Assembly (NCBI GenBank): GCA_011171075.1
Contig: DUFD01000025.1
Location: forward strand, 30,281-94,280
Source: Dehalococcoidia bacterium
GTDB taxonomy: Bacteria; Chloroflexota; Dehalococcoidia; Dehalococcoidales; Fen-1064
Direction: 5' to 3'
Length of the DNA: 64,000 nucleotides
Shown: positions 8,969-19,387 of the stretch, one piece after another
Numbering within the stretch: position 1 is the stretch's first letter
Layout: each line of letters begins with the position of its first letter
Made by a program: the position numbers and the translations under genes
Notes under the pieces: generated by a model
What the model was told of the DNA's origin: nothing
What the model saw: the letters and a program-made list of their open reading frames with translations, nothing else
Databases searched by the model: none

Positions 8969-10843
8969 TTATTTTGCCGGGATTGCCATAACCGGCGAAG
9001 TCTGTGCCGTCGTCTCGAAGTGAGTCTCGTACCATAACTCCAGGGCGAACAGGGTCCAGACATAAGAGGGGCTACTTTTTATCGCTCTCGACAGGTTCTC
9101 TGATAGAGCCTGCCGCTGCTCCGGCCTGATTACCTGTCTGAGCAGGCTCCCTTCACTCAGTTTCTGGTGTACCGTTTCATATAGCTCATTCGTCAGCCAG
9201 TGCCCGACGGTAGTGCCAAATCCCAGTTTCTCCCGGCCCACAATCTCAGGGGGAAGCAGGTCTTCAACCGCCTTTCTCAAGATATACTTGCCCTGTCCGC
9301 GGTGTATTTTCAGCCTTTTGGGGACGGAGAAGGCGAATTCTATTATCTCCCTGTCCAGAAGTGGGAGCCTCTCTTCTACCGAGTTTGCCATCGTACCCTT
9401 ATCGGCTTTCATCAGAAACTTCTCGGGTAGCAGGTTCTTGCAGTCAATTGCCAGTATTCTGTTTAATGGCTGTTGCATTTGCGGTGGCGCTATCGCCAGA
9501 CTCTCGATGTTGTCGAGACTGAGCTGGCTCGTGGTACGAAGCAGGGCGTCGCTCATTTCCCGGGTATAGTACAGATGGGCTTTCTCGAAATCAGGCTGGG
9601 AGAGGAAACTGGCTAATTTATAAGCCAGGCTACCGGGTGAGTACGGATTGCCCTTGCCAGGGATGACACCGATAGCTTCTTTGACTACAGCCCTGGCGAA
9701 TGATGGTAATCGGAAGTAGTCGGAAAAGATAAGATTTCGTGCGTAGTTCTGGTATCCGGCGAATAGCTCGTCGCCACCTTCGCCGGCCAGCACCACCTTG
9801 ACGTATTTCCTGGCTTCCCTGGAGAGATAGTAGTTGTTGATGATAGCTGCATCCCCCAGAGGCTCGTCGTAATACCAGGCAATTTTAGGCAGGTCCTCTT
9901 TAACCATAGCGCCGGTGATTGTTGTCTCGTGGTGCACCGTGCCCAGATGCTTGCTGACGAGCCGGGCATATTCCAACTCAGAGAAGGTCTCAAAGCCGAC
10001 GGAGAAGGTGTGGAAGTCACTCCCGGCGTGACGCCTGGCTAGGGCTACGATGGCGGATGAATCTATACCACCGGACAGGAATGCCCCCACCGGGACATCA
10101 GCAATCATTCTGAGGCGGGTAGATTCCTCAAGCAATGCCCTCAGTCTCTTGACATAATAGTCATTATTGGCGCGGGTTATGGTTTCCCTGAGGTCCCAGT
10201 ACTTCTGAATGGTAAACCTGCCCGCTTCGAAGACCAGCCTGTGGCCGGCAGGCACTTTCTTCACACCGGCGAACAGCGTCTGCTCGCCCAGGGAATACTG
10301 GTATGCCAGGTAGGCCTGGAGGGCAGTCTCATCTATTTCTTTTTTCACCCCCGCCTGGAAAATCGCCTTTATCTCCGAGGCAAAAATCAGCTGCCCGTCC
10401 CTGAAACAGTAATATAGTGGTTTTTTACCTATGGGGTCGCGGGCCAGAATCAGCCTCTTTGCTTTTTCATCATAAAGGGCAAGGGCAAACATCCCCCTGA
10501 GCCTGTCCAGGAAATTCAGGCCATATTCTTCATAGGCGTGGATAATAGTCTCGCTGTCCGAGTTTGAATAGAAGCGGTGCCCTTTTTTCTCCAGTTCTGC
10601 TCTGAACTCTATAAAGTTATATATCTCCCCGTTGGCAACGAGCCAGATGTTGCCGTCTTCGTTGCACATTGGCTGCCGGCCCCGCTCGCTTAAATCGATG
10701 ATGCTCAGCCTGGCGTGGCCAAGCGAGATGTTGGCGTGGGTGTAGATATCGCTGTCATCCGGGCCGCGGTGTCTCAGTACGGAGACCATGCGCTGGATTG
10801 TGTCTCTATCCTCGAGGCCGTATATGCCGCAGATGCCGCACAT
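8969..10843 (-). CDS. Asparagine synthase (glutamine-hydrolysing) family amidotransferase, WbpS-like
   Basis: N-terminal nucleophile MCGICG and PP-loop SGGIDSS. 624 aa, located within the glycan operon. Confidence 0.85.
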   Translation of the reverse strand: MCGICGIYGLEDRDTIQRMVSVLRHRGPDDSDIYTHANISLGHARLSIIDLSERGRQPMCNEDGNIWLVANGEIYNFIEFRAELEKKGHRFYSNSDSETIIHAYEEYGLNFLDRLRGMFALALYDEKAKRLILARDPIGKKPLYYCFRDGQLIFASEIKAIFQAGVKKEIDETALQAYLAYQYSLGEQTLFAGVKKVPAGHRLVFEAGRFTIQKYWDLRETITRANNDYYVKRLRALLEESTRLRMIADVPVGAFLSGGIDSSAIVALARRHAGSDFHTFSVGFETFSELEYARLVSKHLGTVHHETTITGAMVKEDLPKIAWYYDEPLGDAAIINNYYLSREARKYVKVVLAGEGGDELFAGYQNYARNLIFSDYFRLPSFARAVVKEAIGVIPGKGNPYSPGSLAYKLASFLSQPDFEKAHLYYTREMSDALLRTTSQLSLDNIESLAIAPPQMQQPLNRILAIDCKNLLPEKFLMKADKGTMANSVEERLPLLDREIIEFAFSVPKRLKIHRGQGKYILRKAVEDLLPPEIVGREKLGFGTTVGHWLTNELYETVHQKLSEGSLLRQVIRPEQRQALSENLSRAIKSSPSYVWTLFALELWYETHFETTAQTSPVMAIPAK

Positions 10844-11971
10844 TTATCGTCTGCTCTCCGAAGTGTAGTCCCTAATGGCTGACACTACTCTCTCAATCTG
10901 TGTTTCGCTCAACTCAGGGTACATCGGGAGTGAGAGCACCTCTTCTTGAGCGCGCTCGCTCTCCGGGAAATCACCTGCTTTGTAGCCCAGCGGCTTGTAG
11001 ACCTCCTGCAGGTGTAATGAGAGGGGATAGTAGATGGCGGTGGCTATGCCCTGGGAGCTGAGGTATTCCCGGAGTCTGTCCCTGTCTATCTCCCGGTTTT
11101 TCAGCCGGATGGTGTAGTAGTTAAAACTGTGGCGCGTACAGGGTGCCGTGCAGGGTAGCTGGATATCTACCACATCACCGAAAAGCTGTGAGTAGACTTT
11201 CGCTCTCTGTCGGCGCTGCTCAATCCATTTGTCGAAATGCCTGAGCTTGATGCGGAGGATGGCTGCCTGAATGTTATCAAGACGACTGTTGAACCCGATT
11301 CTGTGGTGGAAATATTTCTCCTTGGAGCCATGGTCTCGCAGGATACGGACTTCTTCAGCAATCTCGGGGTTATTGGTGGTCACCATTCCCGCGTCGCCGT
11401 AGGCCCCCAGTCCCTTACTGGGGTAGAAGCTGAGGCAGCCGGCATCACCCAGCGAACCGACCTTCCTGCCTTTATACTCCGCCCCCAGTGCCTGGGCGCA
11501 GTCCTCGATGACCTTGAGACGGTATCTGTCTGCCAGTTCCAAGATAGGCTCCATGTCCGCTGGTTGACCGAAGAGGTGGACAAGCAGGATGGCTTTCGTC
11601 CTCCCGTCAATCCTGGCCTCGATTTCATGGTGGTTGATGTTATAGTTTGTGGGGTCGATGTCTGCGAAGACGGGGGTAGCGCCGCACCGGGAGATTACTT
11701 CAGCGGTAGCGAAAAAGGTGAAGGGCGTGGTGATAACGGCGTCACCCTGCCCCACGCCACAGGCGAGCAGGGCAAGCTGCAAGGCATCGGTACCCGAGGC
11801 AACACCTATTCCGTACTTAACACCGCAGTAAGAAGCAATTTCCTCCTCGAGGGCTTTTACCTCAGGACCAAGGATAAAGTCGCCACTTTCCATGACCCTT
11901 CCGACCGAGCTATTGATTTCATCTTTCAGTGACGAATATTGGGCCTTCAGGTCGACCAGGGGTATATCCAC
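10844..11971 (-). CDS. DegT/DnrJ/EryC1/StrS-family PLP sugar aminotransferase
   Basis: Family-typical sequence [12 protein letters not shown]...[16 protein letters not shown]. It abuts the start of the AsnB-like gene with zero spacing. Confidence 0.85.
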   Translation of the reverse strand: MDIPLVDLKAQYSSLKDEINSSVGRVMESGDFILGPEVKALEEEIASYCGVKYGIGVASGTDALQLALLACGVGQGDAVITTPFTFFATAEVISRCGATPVFADIDPTNYNINHHEIEARIDGRTKAILLVHLFGQPADMEPILELADRYRLKVIEDCAQALGAEYKGRKVGSLGDAGCLSFYPSKGLGAYGDAGMVTTNNPEIAEEVRILRDHGSKEKYFHHRIGFNSRLDNIQAAILRIKLRHFDKWIEQRRQRAKVYSQLFGDVVDIQLPCTAPCTRHSFNYYTIRLKNREIDRDRLREYLSSQGIATAIYYPLSLHLQEVYKPLGYKAGDFPESERAQEEVLSLPMYPELSETQIERVVSAIRDYTSESRR

Positions 11972-12003
11972 TTCCCCTCCTCTTTTAAGCGTGTCTTTAC
12001 GTT

Positions 12004-12924
12004 TTAGCGACTGTGTAGCAGCGTGCGGGCCATTCCCGCCAGTACCCTGGGGGTTTCTACCAGGTTGTAGGGGAACGCGCCTGCCACACTCAGGCTTTCC
12101 CTGATGCCCTTTCTGTTCTCGTGGTTTTTGAAATAGTGCAGCATCAGGGCCGTGTGTAAAAATGCATTTCTCTGTTTCAGCTTCCTGCGTAGTTCTCCGG
12201 ATACTACAGACGGCTGGCTCATCCAGTATTCCAATATCTGAAAGACCTCACCGAACATCTCCGCCTGTTTGGCACTGCTGATACTTCCGTCGTGGATTCT
12301 GTATTTGGCGAGAGGACGCTCGTAATAATCAAAGTGGTAATGCCGGGCTATCCTCAACCATAAATCATATTCCTCGGCTATTTCATAGCTGGGATTAAAC
12401 ACCCCCACCTCGTTAAGCACTTCCTTTCTGATAACTGCCGTCAGAAGAGGGACAAAATCGTTAAGAAGCAGTTCATTAAAGACATACCCACGGCAGGGCC
12501 TGTAAGAATCGAAATAGGTGTTCTTTCTAAGGTTTCCGTCGCCGTCAATCAGGTAGCAGTCGGAATAGACCAGCCCCGGCCTTTCGTTCGAATCCAGGAG
12601 TCCGACCTGTTGCTCAAGCTTGTCCGGCAACCATATATCATCGCAGTCGAGGAAGGCGATGTATTCGCCCCTCGCCTTTTCGATAGCTGCGTTGCGGGCT
12701 GCCCCCAGGGATAGAAAAGTGTCGCCTCTGAAGTACCGCAGAGGCTCTCCGTAGCTTAAGGCAATTTCACTGCTGAAGTCGCTGGACTGATTATCCCAGA
12801 AGACGATTTCGTAGTCCTGAAACGTCTGCTGGTAGACACTGTCTAGGGCCTGGCGTAAATACTTCCTCGAATTGTGGCAGTTCACAATCACACTGACCAG
12901 CGGCATCTGCTGAAAACTACCCAT
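12004..12924 (-). CDS. Glycosyltransferase family 2
   Basis: [21 protein letters not shown] followed by the DCDD (DxD) motif. Confidence 0.85.
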   Translation of the reverse strand: MGSFQQMPLVSVIVNCHNSRKYLRQALDSVYQQTFQDYEIVFWDNQSSDFSSEIALSYGEPLRYFRGDTFLSLGAARNAAIEKARGEYIAFLDCDDIWLPDKLEQQVGLLDSNERPGLVYSDCYLIDGDGNLRKNTYFDSYRPCRGYVFNELLLNDFVPLLTAVIRKEVLNEVGVFNPSYEIAEEYDLWLRIARHYHFDYYERPLAKYRIHDGSISSAKQAEMFGEVFQILEYWMSQPSVVSGELRRKLKQRNAFLHTALMLHYFKNHENRKGIRESLSVAGAFPYNLVETPRVLAGMARTLLHSR

Positions 12925-13366
12925 GCTTTAATCCCCAGTCGTACGGTATCTCATTAGTGAACGGGTCCAAGCGTGAAATCTCGTCCGGCGTGTAGGGTAT
13001 AGTGGCACAGTTGGCAACGATGGCGGGTATGATTCCAATTCCTTTGAAGCCGTTGTAAACCCCCGAAGGGATTTTCACCAGAACATAATTGTCCTCTCCC
13101 ATAAAAATTTCCTGGATTTCTCCCCTAGTGGCGGAATCCTCCCTGGGGTCGTACAGGACAAGCTTAATCATGCCTGAGACGACGGCGTAATTGAGCGTCA
13201 TTTCAGAGTGGATGTGCCAGCCCTTTACCACTCCTGGATATATCACGGAGAAGTATATCTCACCGAACTGCTCGAAGTGCGGTGCATCGGCCCTGAGCAT
13301 GTGCATGACCTTTCCCCGCTCATCGGGGAACTGCTTGAGGGGTATTACCTGTACGCCTTCTATCAT
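12917..13366 (-). CDS. RmlC-like cupin, NDP-4-keto-6-deoxyhexose epimerase/isomerase family
   Basis: [11 protein letters not shown]...[26 protein letters not shown]...IPSGVYNGF resembles RmlC-type cupins. The start is moved to the internal ATG at 13366. Confidence 0.65.
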   Translation of the reverse strand: MIEGVQVIPLKQFPDERGKVMHMLRADAPHFEQFGEIYFSVIYPGVVKGWHIHSEMTLNYAVVSGMIKLVLYDPREDSATRGEIQEIFMGEDNYVLVKIPSGVYNGFKGIGIIPAIVANCATIPYTPDEISRLDPFTNEIPYDWGLKHG

Positions 13367-14354
13367 ATTGGCCCCCTGTCCACTTATCGTTGAAGAACTC
13401 TCTGTACCAGGCAATGGTCTCTATGAGTCCTTGCTCCGGACTGTAACGGGGTTCCCAACCAAGCACCTTTCTCGCCTTTTCTGCAGAGAGGTACTGGTGC
13501 TTTATCTCGTTCCTGGCCTCATTCTTTACGAGCGGGCGCAGGTCTTCTCTGCCCATGAGCCTCAGTATCTCATTCGTCAGTTCCAGAACGGTAAGCTGAA
13601 TCTCGTTAGAGAAATTGAATACTTCCCCGTATATGGGCAATTTTTCCATTCTTTCTGCCAGGAGTAGGTAGGCTTCAACCGCATCCAGGATATAGATATA
13701 GTCTCGAATGAGACTGCCGTCGCTTCTAATTACCGGTCGCTCGTTCAGGAGCACCATGCGAATCGTTCCGGGGACGATGCGATTGAAGTTAACGTCGCCG
13801 CCGCCGTAGAAGTTGCCGCACCTGGTGACGCATACGGGAAGCCCATAGGTGCGATGGTAGGACGTGGCCAGCAAGTCGGCACAGCTCTTGGATACATCAT
13901 AGGGGTGGGCGCCTCTAAGTGCCGCCTCCTCGGTATACGGCAGGATTTCATGCTCGCCGTAAGCCTTGTCGCTGGAGGCGACGATAATCCTTTCCACGGT
14001 AGGGCTCCGACGGCAGGCCTCCAGTATATTCCAGGTACCCCTGATATTGGTGTCAAAGGTCGATATCGGGTTCCGGTTGGCAATGGTGACGATGGTCTGC
14101 GCTGCTAGGTGGAAAACAGTATCTATTTCGTATTCATTCAGGATACGTTCCAGCAGGAAGTAGTTTTCCACCTCACCACGGACGGTAGCAATGCGGTCAC
14201 CCAGCCCCAGACGGCAGAAATTGGCCCGGGGTACATTGTCCCTTATCAGGCCAACGACATTTGCCTGCCGCTCCACCAGTGCCTGGGTTAGCCAGGAGCC
14301 GAGAAAGCCGGTACAGCCCGTAACCAGTACATTTTTATCCTGCCAAACTTCCAT
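13320..14354 (-). CDS. rfbG: CDP-glucose 4,6-dehydratase (extended SDR)
   Basis: Rossmann motif [14 protein letters not shown] and catalytic YDVSK. It is adjacent to rfbF. Confidence 0.8.
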   Translation of the reverse strand: MEVWQDKNVLVTGCTGFLGSWLTQALVERQANVVGLIRDNVPRANFCRLGLGDRIATVRGEVENYFLLERILNEYEIDTVFHLAAQTIVTIANRNPISTFDTNIRGTWNILEACRRSPTVERIIVASSDKAYGEHEILPYTEEAALRGAHPYDVSKSCADLLATSYHRTYGLPVCVTRCGNFYGGGDVNFNRIVPGTIRMVLLNERPVIRSDGSLIRDYIYILDAVEAYLLLAERMEKLPIYGEVFNFSNEIQLTVLELTNEILRLMGREDLRPLVKNEARNEIKHQYLSAEKARKVLGWEPRYSPEQGLIETIAWYREFFNDKWTGGQYDRRRTGNTPQAVPR

Positions 14355-14358
14355 AGGT

Positions 14359-15144
14359 CTACTCCCATACTTTCCAGAATGCCTGATTGTTTTGCCACAG
14401 TCTGGTCAGATATTCTACATCCCGGTAGGTATCCATACACGCCCAAAGGCCGTCATGGACATAAACCATTAATTCACCTGCGGCGGTGAGTGCCTCTAGG
14501 GGCCCTCTTTCGAAGTCGCAATTATCGTCATCACTCAGATAGTCGAAAATTTTTCGATTGAAGACGAAGAAGCCACCGTTAATCAGTCCTGCGGAGGTCT
14601 GCGGCTTCTCGGAGAATTGCAGTGCCCGGTCCCCTTCCAGCACCAGTTCACCGAATAGAGAGGGCGGTCGGACGCCGGTAACCGTGCCTATTTTCCCGTG
14701 CTTATTGTGGAAAGCAAGCAGCTTCTGGATATTAACGTTGGCCACGCCATCGCCGTAGGTCAGCATGAACACGTCTTCCGTGATGTATTTTTGGATTCTT
14801 TTCAGGCGGGCGCCCTTGAGTGCCTTATCGCCGGTATCCGCCATGGTAACGCTCCAGTCATCGTGATTGCTGGTGTTATGCAGAATTGTTGCCTTCTTAT
14901 TACCCAGTTTGATTGTCAAGTCGCTGTTCAGGAATTCATAGTTCAGGAAATAGTCCTTAATGACCTCACCTTTGTATCCTAGACAGAGGACAAAGTCCGA
15001 ACAGCCGTAATGGTTGTAGATTTTCATGATGTGCCAAAGGATGGGTTTGCTACCTATCTCTACCATCGGTTTGGGTTTGAACTCGGTCTCCTCTCTGAGC
15101 CTGGTACCCAGACCGCCGCAGAAAATTACTACCTTCGGATTCAC
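14359..15144 (-). CDS. rfbF: Glucose-1-phosphate cytidylyltransferase
   Basis: The signature [38 protein letters not shown] is characteristic of RfbF. Confidence 0.85.
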   Translation of the reverse strand: MNPKVVIFCGGLGTRLREETEFKPKPMVEIGSKPILWHIMKIYNHYGCSDFVLCLGYKGEVIKDYFLNYEFLNSDLTIKLGNKKATILHNTSNHDDWSVTMADTGDKALKGARLKRIQKYITEDVFMLTYGDGVANVNIQKLLAFHNKHGKIGTVTGVRPPSLFGELVLEGDRALQFSEKPQTSAGLINGGFFVFNRKIFDYLSDDDNCDFERGPLEALTAAGELMVYVHDGLWACMDTYRDVEYLTRLWQNNQAFWKVWE

Positions 15145-15169
15145 TTATATGTCCTCCCTCATGCTGGAG

Positions 15170-16291
15170 TCAGCTACTCAAACCATTAATTACACCACTA
15201 ATCACCTGCGACACGTCCTCGTCGGTCAGCCCGCAGTGCAGTGGAAGGGTCAGTATCTCCTGGTAGGCCTGTTCTGTCTGGGGCAGGTCCCTCTGGGGCT
15301 GACGGTAAAATGCGTGCAGGTGGTTCGGTATATAGTTAATCCCGGTCTCGATGTCACGCTCCTTGAGATAATCGACCAGATAGTCGCGCCGTCCGTCCTT
15401 TACCCGGATGACATAGATGTGGGGTGCGACGGAATCGTAATCGATATTAAGGCACTGAATCAGCGGGTGGCATCGAAACGATTCATTATAGCGGCGGCAA
15501 ATCTCTTTTCTCCGGGCGATAAAGCGGTCGAGCTTGGCCAGTTGCGCCAGGCCGATGGCGGCGTTTATATTGCTCATGTGGTAGCGGTATCCCTGTGTCC
15601 TCACCTCGTAAAACGAGGCACGGTCTTTCCACAGGCCCGTCTGCGACGGGCGGTCCATGCCCAGCAGCCTCTTCTGCCGGACCAAATTGTCCAGTTTACC
15701 GTCACCGGTGACCACCGCTCCGCCTTCCCCGCATGTGATATTCTTGATGGAGTCGAAGCTGAAACAGGCGATGTCACCGAAGCTGCCAATCATTTTCCCG
15801 TGGTAGAGTGAGCCCAGTGCATGAGCGGCATCTTCGATTATCCTTATCTTGTCTTCGGCAGCAATATCCAGCAGCGCCTCCATATCGCAGGGATTGCTGG
15901 CGTAATGGACCGGCATAATAGCTCTGGTTCTGGGGGTGATACAGCGTTTGACGTCATCAATATCGGTCAGCAGGGTATCGGGATAGACGTCGCAGGGGAC
16001 GGGGGTAGCGCCGGTGGCCGATACCGCCTGAAATGAGCCGACGAAGGTTAGCGAGGGGACAATGACCTCATCGCCCCTGCCTATTCCGGCGGCGTCCATT
16101 GCCAGGTGCAGTGCCGCCGTACCGTTGCTGGTGGCGATTACATATTTTGCCCCCAGGTATTTCTTAAGTGCCTCTTCGAATTCATCTACCTTGGTTGCCA
16201 GACCGAAGTAGCCATAGTCAAAGGCCTCTTTTACCTGTGCCAGTTCCTCTTCCCCGAGGCATGCTCTTGATACCTTAATCATCTCTGTCAC
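15170..16291 (-). CDS. DegT-family PLP aminotransferase (likely acts on the CDP-4-keto-6-deoxyhexose)
   Basis: SNGTAALHLA...SFDSIKNITCGEGGAV contains the PLP lysine. It lies directly downstream of rfbF/rfbG context. Confidence 0.75.
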   Translation of the reverse strand: MTEMIKVSRACLGEEELAQVKEAFDYGYFGLATKVDEFEEALKKYLGAKYVIATSNGTAALHLAMDAAGIGRGDEVIVPSLTFVGSFQAVSATGATPVPCDVYPDTLLTDIDDVKRCITPRTRAIMPVHYASNPCDMEALLDIAAEDKIRIIEDAAHALGSLYHGKMIGSFGDIACFSFDSIKNITCGEGGAVVTGDGKLDNLVRQKRLLGMDRPSQTGLWKDRASFYEVRTQGYRYHMSNINAAIGLAQLAKLDRFIARRKEICRRYNESFRCHPLIQCLNIDYDSVAPHIYVIRVKDGRRDYLVDYLKERDIETGINYIPNHLHAFYRQPQRDLPQTEQAYQEILTLPLHCGLTDEDVSQVISGVINGLSS

Positions 16292-16297
16292 CTGAAA

Positions 16298-17179
16298 TTA
16301 CTTGGTGGTCATAGCCAGGATATAGCGCCCGCAATCCGCATAAGTCTCGGCCAACTGCGTTTCGAGGTCGGACAACTCCGACTGCTGTTTTTCACTCAGT
16401 AAAGAGGGTCGTGCGATTGTCTCCAGCGGGTCGCCCTCGATACCTGAAAAGATACCGATACCCCGGCACATGGTGTTTCTGTAGCCGAGCCTGCTCAGCA
16501 GTTCGACTACTTCATTGGTGGTTTGCCAGGAAAATGTTACTGCTCCCCCGAATACCTTGCCTGTCTGTTGCGTGGCGGCTAACCTGGCCCCGGCAAAATT
16601 ACGTTCCCTTATTGTGTGCAGCAGGTTGAAATACTTGGAGCGGAAGCTTATGAAGGCCAGGCCATCTGATTTCATGATTCGGTGAACGTGCTGCAGAGCT
16701 TTGTCGTATTGGGGTAGCATCAGTACGACTTCAGTAAAAACAACGCAGTCGTAACTCTCTGAAGGGGTCTTTTCCAGGAAATGTGGTGCGTCATCAACGA
16801 GAAATTCTGCGTTTGGCACTCCTTTTTCTTCGGAATATCTTCGGGCTGTCTCAATAGCTTCTTTCGTGAAATCCACGCCGATAACCCGGCCGTTCCGGTT
16901 CCATGCGGCCAGGGGTATCGTTAAACGCCCCTGACCACAACCCAGGTCGAGAATGTTAATCCCTCTATCCGGGAACTGCTCATCGAGTTTTGATAGAATC
17001 CAGTGCAGGTACTGGCCTGCGTAGTACGGTTCATCGGGAGAAGTGACCATATCATGTATGTTAGCTGTACGTTGGATATTCCTTTTGGCCAGGTCCTTCT
17101 CACCGTACCTGATGATGCCGCATAGGTGTATTAGACGGCTGATAACCTTTCCTACTAAAGGCCTGAGCAGTTTCTTCAT
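16298..17179 (-). CDS. Class I SAM-dependent methyltransferase
   Basis: Motif I ILDLGCGQGRLT and YDCVVFTEVVLMLP. Confidence 0.8.
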   Translation of the reverse strand: MKKLLRPLVGKVISRLIHLCGIIRYGEKDLAKRNIQRTANIHDMVTSPDEPYYAGQYLHWILSKLDEQFPDRGINILDLGCGQGRLTIPLAAWNRNGRVIGVDFTKEAIETARRYSEEKGVPNAEFLVDDAPHFLEKTPSESYDCVVFTEVVLMLPQYDKALQHVHRIMKSDGLAFISFRSKYFNLLHTIRERNFAGARLAATQQTGKVFGGAVTFSWQTTNEVVELLSRLGYRNTMCRGIGIFSGIEGDPLETIARPSLLSEKQQSELSDLETQLAETYADCGRYILAMTTK

Positions 17180-17226
17180 TGATTTACATCAACCTCAATC
17201 ATGCGGCACGAAAAAAGCGCCAGAAT

Positions 17227-19338
17227 TTATAATTCTATCCTTTGTGCAAGTAACTCATTCAGCATCGTTTCTCCCCACATCGGGTATGTTCGTGGTTCAC
17301 GGTAGTATGGATATGCCTTGGTATTTTGCTCCATGACACTGAGTGGCCCGATAAGCTCCAATAGCTGGGCTGGTAACCCTGAAAGCCTTTGATACAGAGC
17401 TAACCACCTCCCGATGTAATTTTCGAGATTACTTCTGGCTATTGTGCCCAGCAAGCTATCGCTTGTTTTCATGTTGGTGTAGCTCAGTATAATCGGGTTA
17501 AATATCAGGTTGGCCAGGTCAAAGAAGGGAAGCCCTTCGCTTTCAAAATGCTCGAAGTCTACTATGCTAACCCTGTCGCCGCTAAAGAGCAGGTTGCACA
17601 AATCGTAGTCTCCGTGTACAGCACAGACGGGTATCCGCAGTCCGTCGAGCTTTTCTATTGCCTGCACCAGGTCTCCGATGCGTGAGTCTACCTCTTCAGT
17701 CAAGCGTTCCTGTTCGTTTAATGTTTCTCTCTGTGATTCGATGACCGACAACAGGTGAGGGGTGGCTTCGACTTCGCTCACCTGCGTATATCGCTGGAAC
17801 GTCGCCAGGAACCTGATTGCTGACTGAATAGAGCTGTCAAGTTTTCTTAGATTTTTGGTAGTGAAGCCGGTGTTCAGGTTAAATTTGGAAGGAGCGCCTT
17901 CGAGATACTGTGTGACCAGAATGCTGATATTATCGATGTTGCCAGAATATAAGAGTCGGGGGATACATGCACTAAGCTCGGTATCCATCAGCAGTCGGTT
18001 GACGGTCTTCAGGTTTTTAGCCTCGTTCTCCAGGATGTCGGCATACCTGTTGTTCCGACAGACCTTGCAGAAGCAAGCGGGTCTGGTATCATTGTTTTCG
18101 TAGATTAGAAAGTTGGCGGCGTGGTAACTACCGGCGCGCCCGCCAGACTTGACCACTTTAATGTCTGACGGTGCTGAGCCGTCCAGCAGGCCAGCTTTTC
18201 TCAGCACCTGGACTATTCTGGCCTCCTTTGGCTCGTCTCCACCGGGAGCCTTGGCCATGATGATGAAGCTTGGCGAGCTGTATTTGAGCAGTCCTGCCGG
18301 GAACATCTTGACGGCCAGCTTCTGGTACCAGCGCGCATTGTGGACTGGTATGGCCACCTCCTTCCAGTGTCTTATCAGGTCGGCGGGGATTATCATTGAC
18401 GGCTGTATGTAGTGAGAGAAAGCGCCGTAGTACTCCATATCTGTGAACCCGCCGTCCCGCAACAACGAACGGTAGCCCCTTGAGGAATAGGTATAAGTCC
18501 GGTACTCGCAGTTCAGCTTCCATCTGGTGATGGTGTTGGCCAGAAATCTTGGCAGGAAGGACACGTACATGATGTTCATGTGTTCGTCAGGCACTCCTGC
18601 CAGATATGGGTAACCGATGCTATTCTCGATTGCCAGATATAGGTGGCCGCCCCGCTTTAGCACCCTCTGAATTTCACGCAACACCTCTACCTGCACCTGG
18701 CGCGGGTCCTTCGAATACACCGCCGAGTCCTGCCGTCTTTTGCCCCAGTGAATCTCCAGCACCACGTCTTGGTCAAAGGCAACCCACTCCAGGACACCGC
18801 TTAGAACAACCAGGTCAAAATAGCCATCGGGAAAGGGGAGCCGTTGTACCGGTGAGGCCACGATATGCACATTCCTGAAGCCCATCTGTTTGGCGCGTAT
18901 CTTCAGGAAAGCCAGCGTTTCTATTGTTTTATCGACGGCAAAGACTTCGCCGCAATGTTGCGCGGCCGGTATGGCGAGACCGCCCCACATGCTTCCAGCA
19001 TCCAGAACACGGGATTCACCATTGACAGGCCATAGATATTGAGCATCGGCGCGGTCGAACGGCTCTATATGCTCAACGTACTGTGGAATCAGCTCACGGG
19101 CGGCCTTGAGCCAGTCGCCGCTTTCTCTGGCTCTGTTATTCAGTTCTTGCATCGTTTCCCGGCGGACATTACACCAGTACTCGTCTTTCTGGCCAAAACT
19201 GGGGATGCCGTCCACTACCGGGTATTCTTTCCTGCAGGAGCGACAGGTAAGAGCCCTTTCATGCGAGGATAGCTCACCATGACAGAAGGGACATATCAGG
19301 TCAGCAAAACTCAAATCTTCGATTGTCTCCAGCTTCAT
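17227..19338 (-). CDS. Tri-domain protein: Cys4 zinc ribbon + methyltransferase-like domain + APH/choline-kinase-like phosphotransferase domain (WbdD-like architecture)
   Basis: CPFC...CRSC ribbon. MT core LDAGSMWGG...FDLVVLSGVLEWV. Kinase catalytic loop VHGDYDLCNLLF followed by IVDFEHF. The start is taken at ATG 19338; the ORF-track TTG start is at 19374. Confidence 0.75.
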   Translation of the reverse strand: MKLETIEDLSFADLICPFCHGELSSHERALTCRSCRKEYPVVDGIPSFGQKDEYWCNVRRETMQELNNRARESGDWLKAARELIPQYVEHIEPFDRADAQYLWPVNGESRVLDAGSMWGGLAIPAAQHCGEVFAVDKTIETLAFLKIRAKQMGFRNVHIVASPVQRLPFPDGYFDLVVLSGVLEWVAFDQDVVLEIHWGKRRQDSAVYSKDPRQVQVEVLREIQRVLKRGGHLYLAIENSIGYPYLAGVPDEHMNIMYVSFLPRFLANTITRWKLNCEYRTYTYSSRGYRSLLRDGGFTDMEYYGAFSHYIQPSMIIPADLIRHWKEVAIPVHNARWYQKLAVKMFPAGLLKYSSPSFIIMAKAPGGDEPKEARIVQVLRKAGLLDGSAPSDIKVVKSGGRAGSYHAANFLIYENNDTRPACFCKVCRNNRYADILENEAKNLKTVNRLLMDTELSACIPRLLYSGNIDNISILVTQYLEGAPSKFNLNTGFTTKNLRKLDSSIQSAIRFLATFQRYTQVSEVEATPHLLSVIESQRETLNEQERLTEEVDSRIGDLVQAIEKLDGLRIPVCAVHGDYDLCNLLFSGDRVSIVDFEHFESEGLPFFDLANLIFNPIILSYTNMKTSDSLLGTIARSNLENYIGRWLALYQRLSGLPAQLLELIGPLSVMEQNTKAYPYYREPRTYPMWGETMLNELLAQRIEL

Positions 19339-19387
19339 AGCAGAACCCCATGCAACAATATCGTGACCACGCAACTCACCTCATATA

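Noticed and set aside
11237-11932. 231-aa ORF antisense to the DegT aminotransferase.
   Set aside because: This is a shadow ORF of a strongly supported gene, with no independent evidence.
15026-15811. 261-aa ORF antisense to the DegT aminotransferase/rfbF junction.
   Set aside because: It overlaps two well-supported minus-strand genes. It has no motifs and a low-complexity composition, so it is a shadow ORF.
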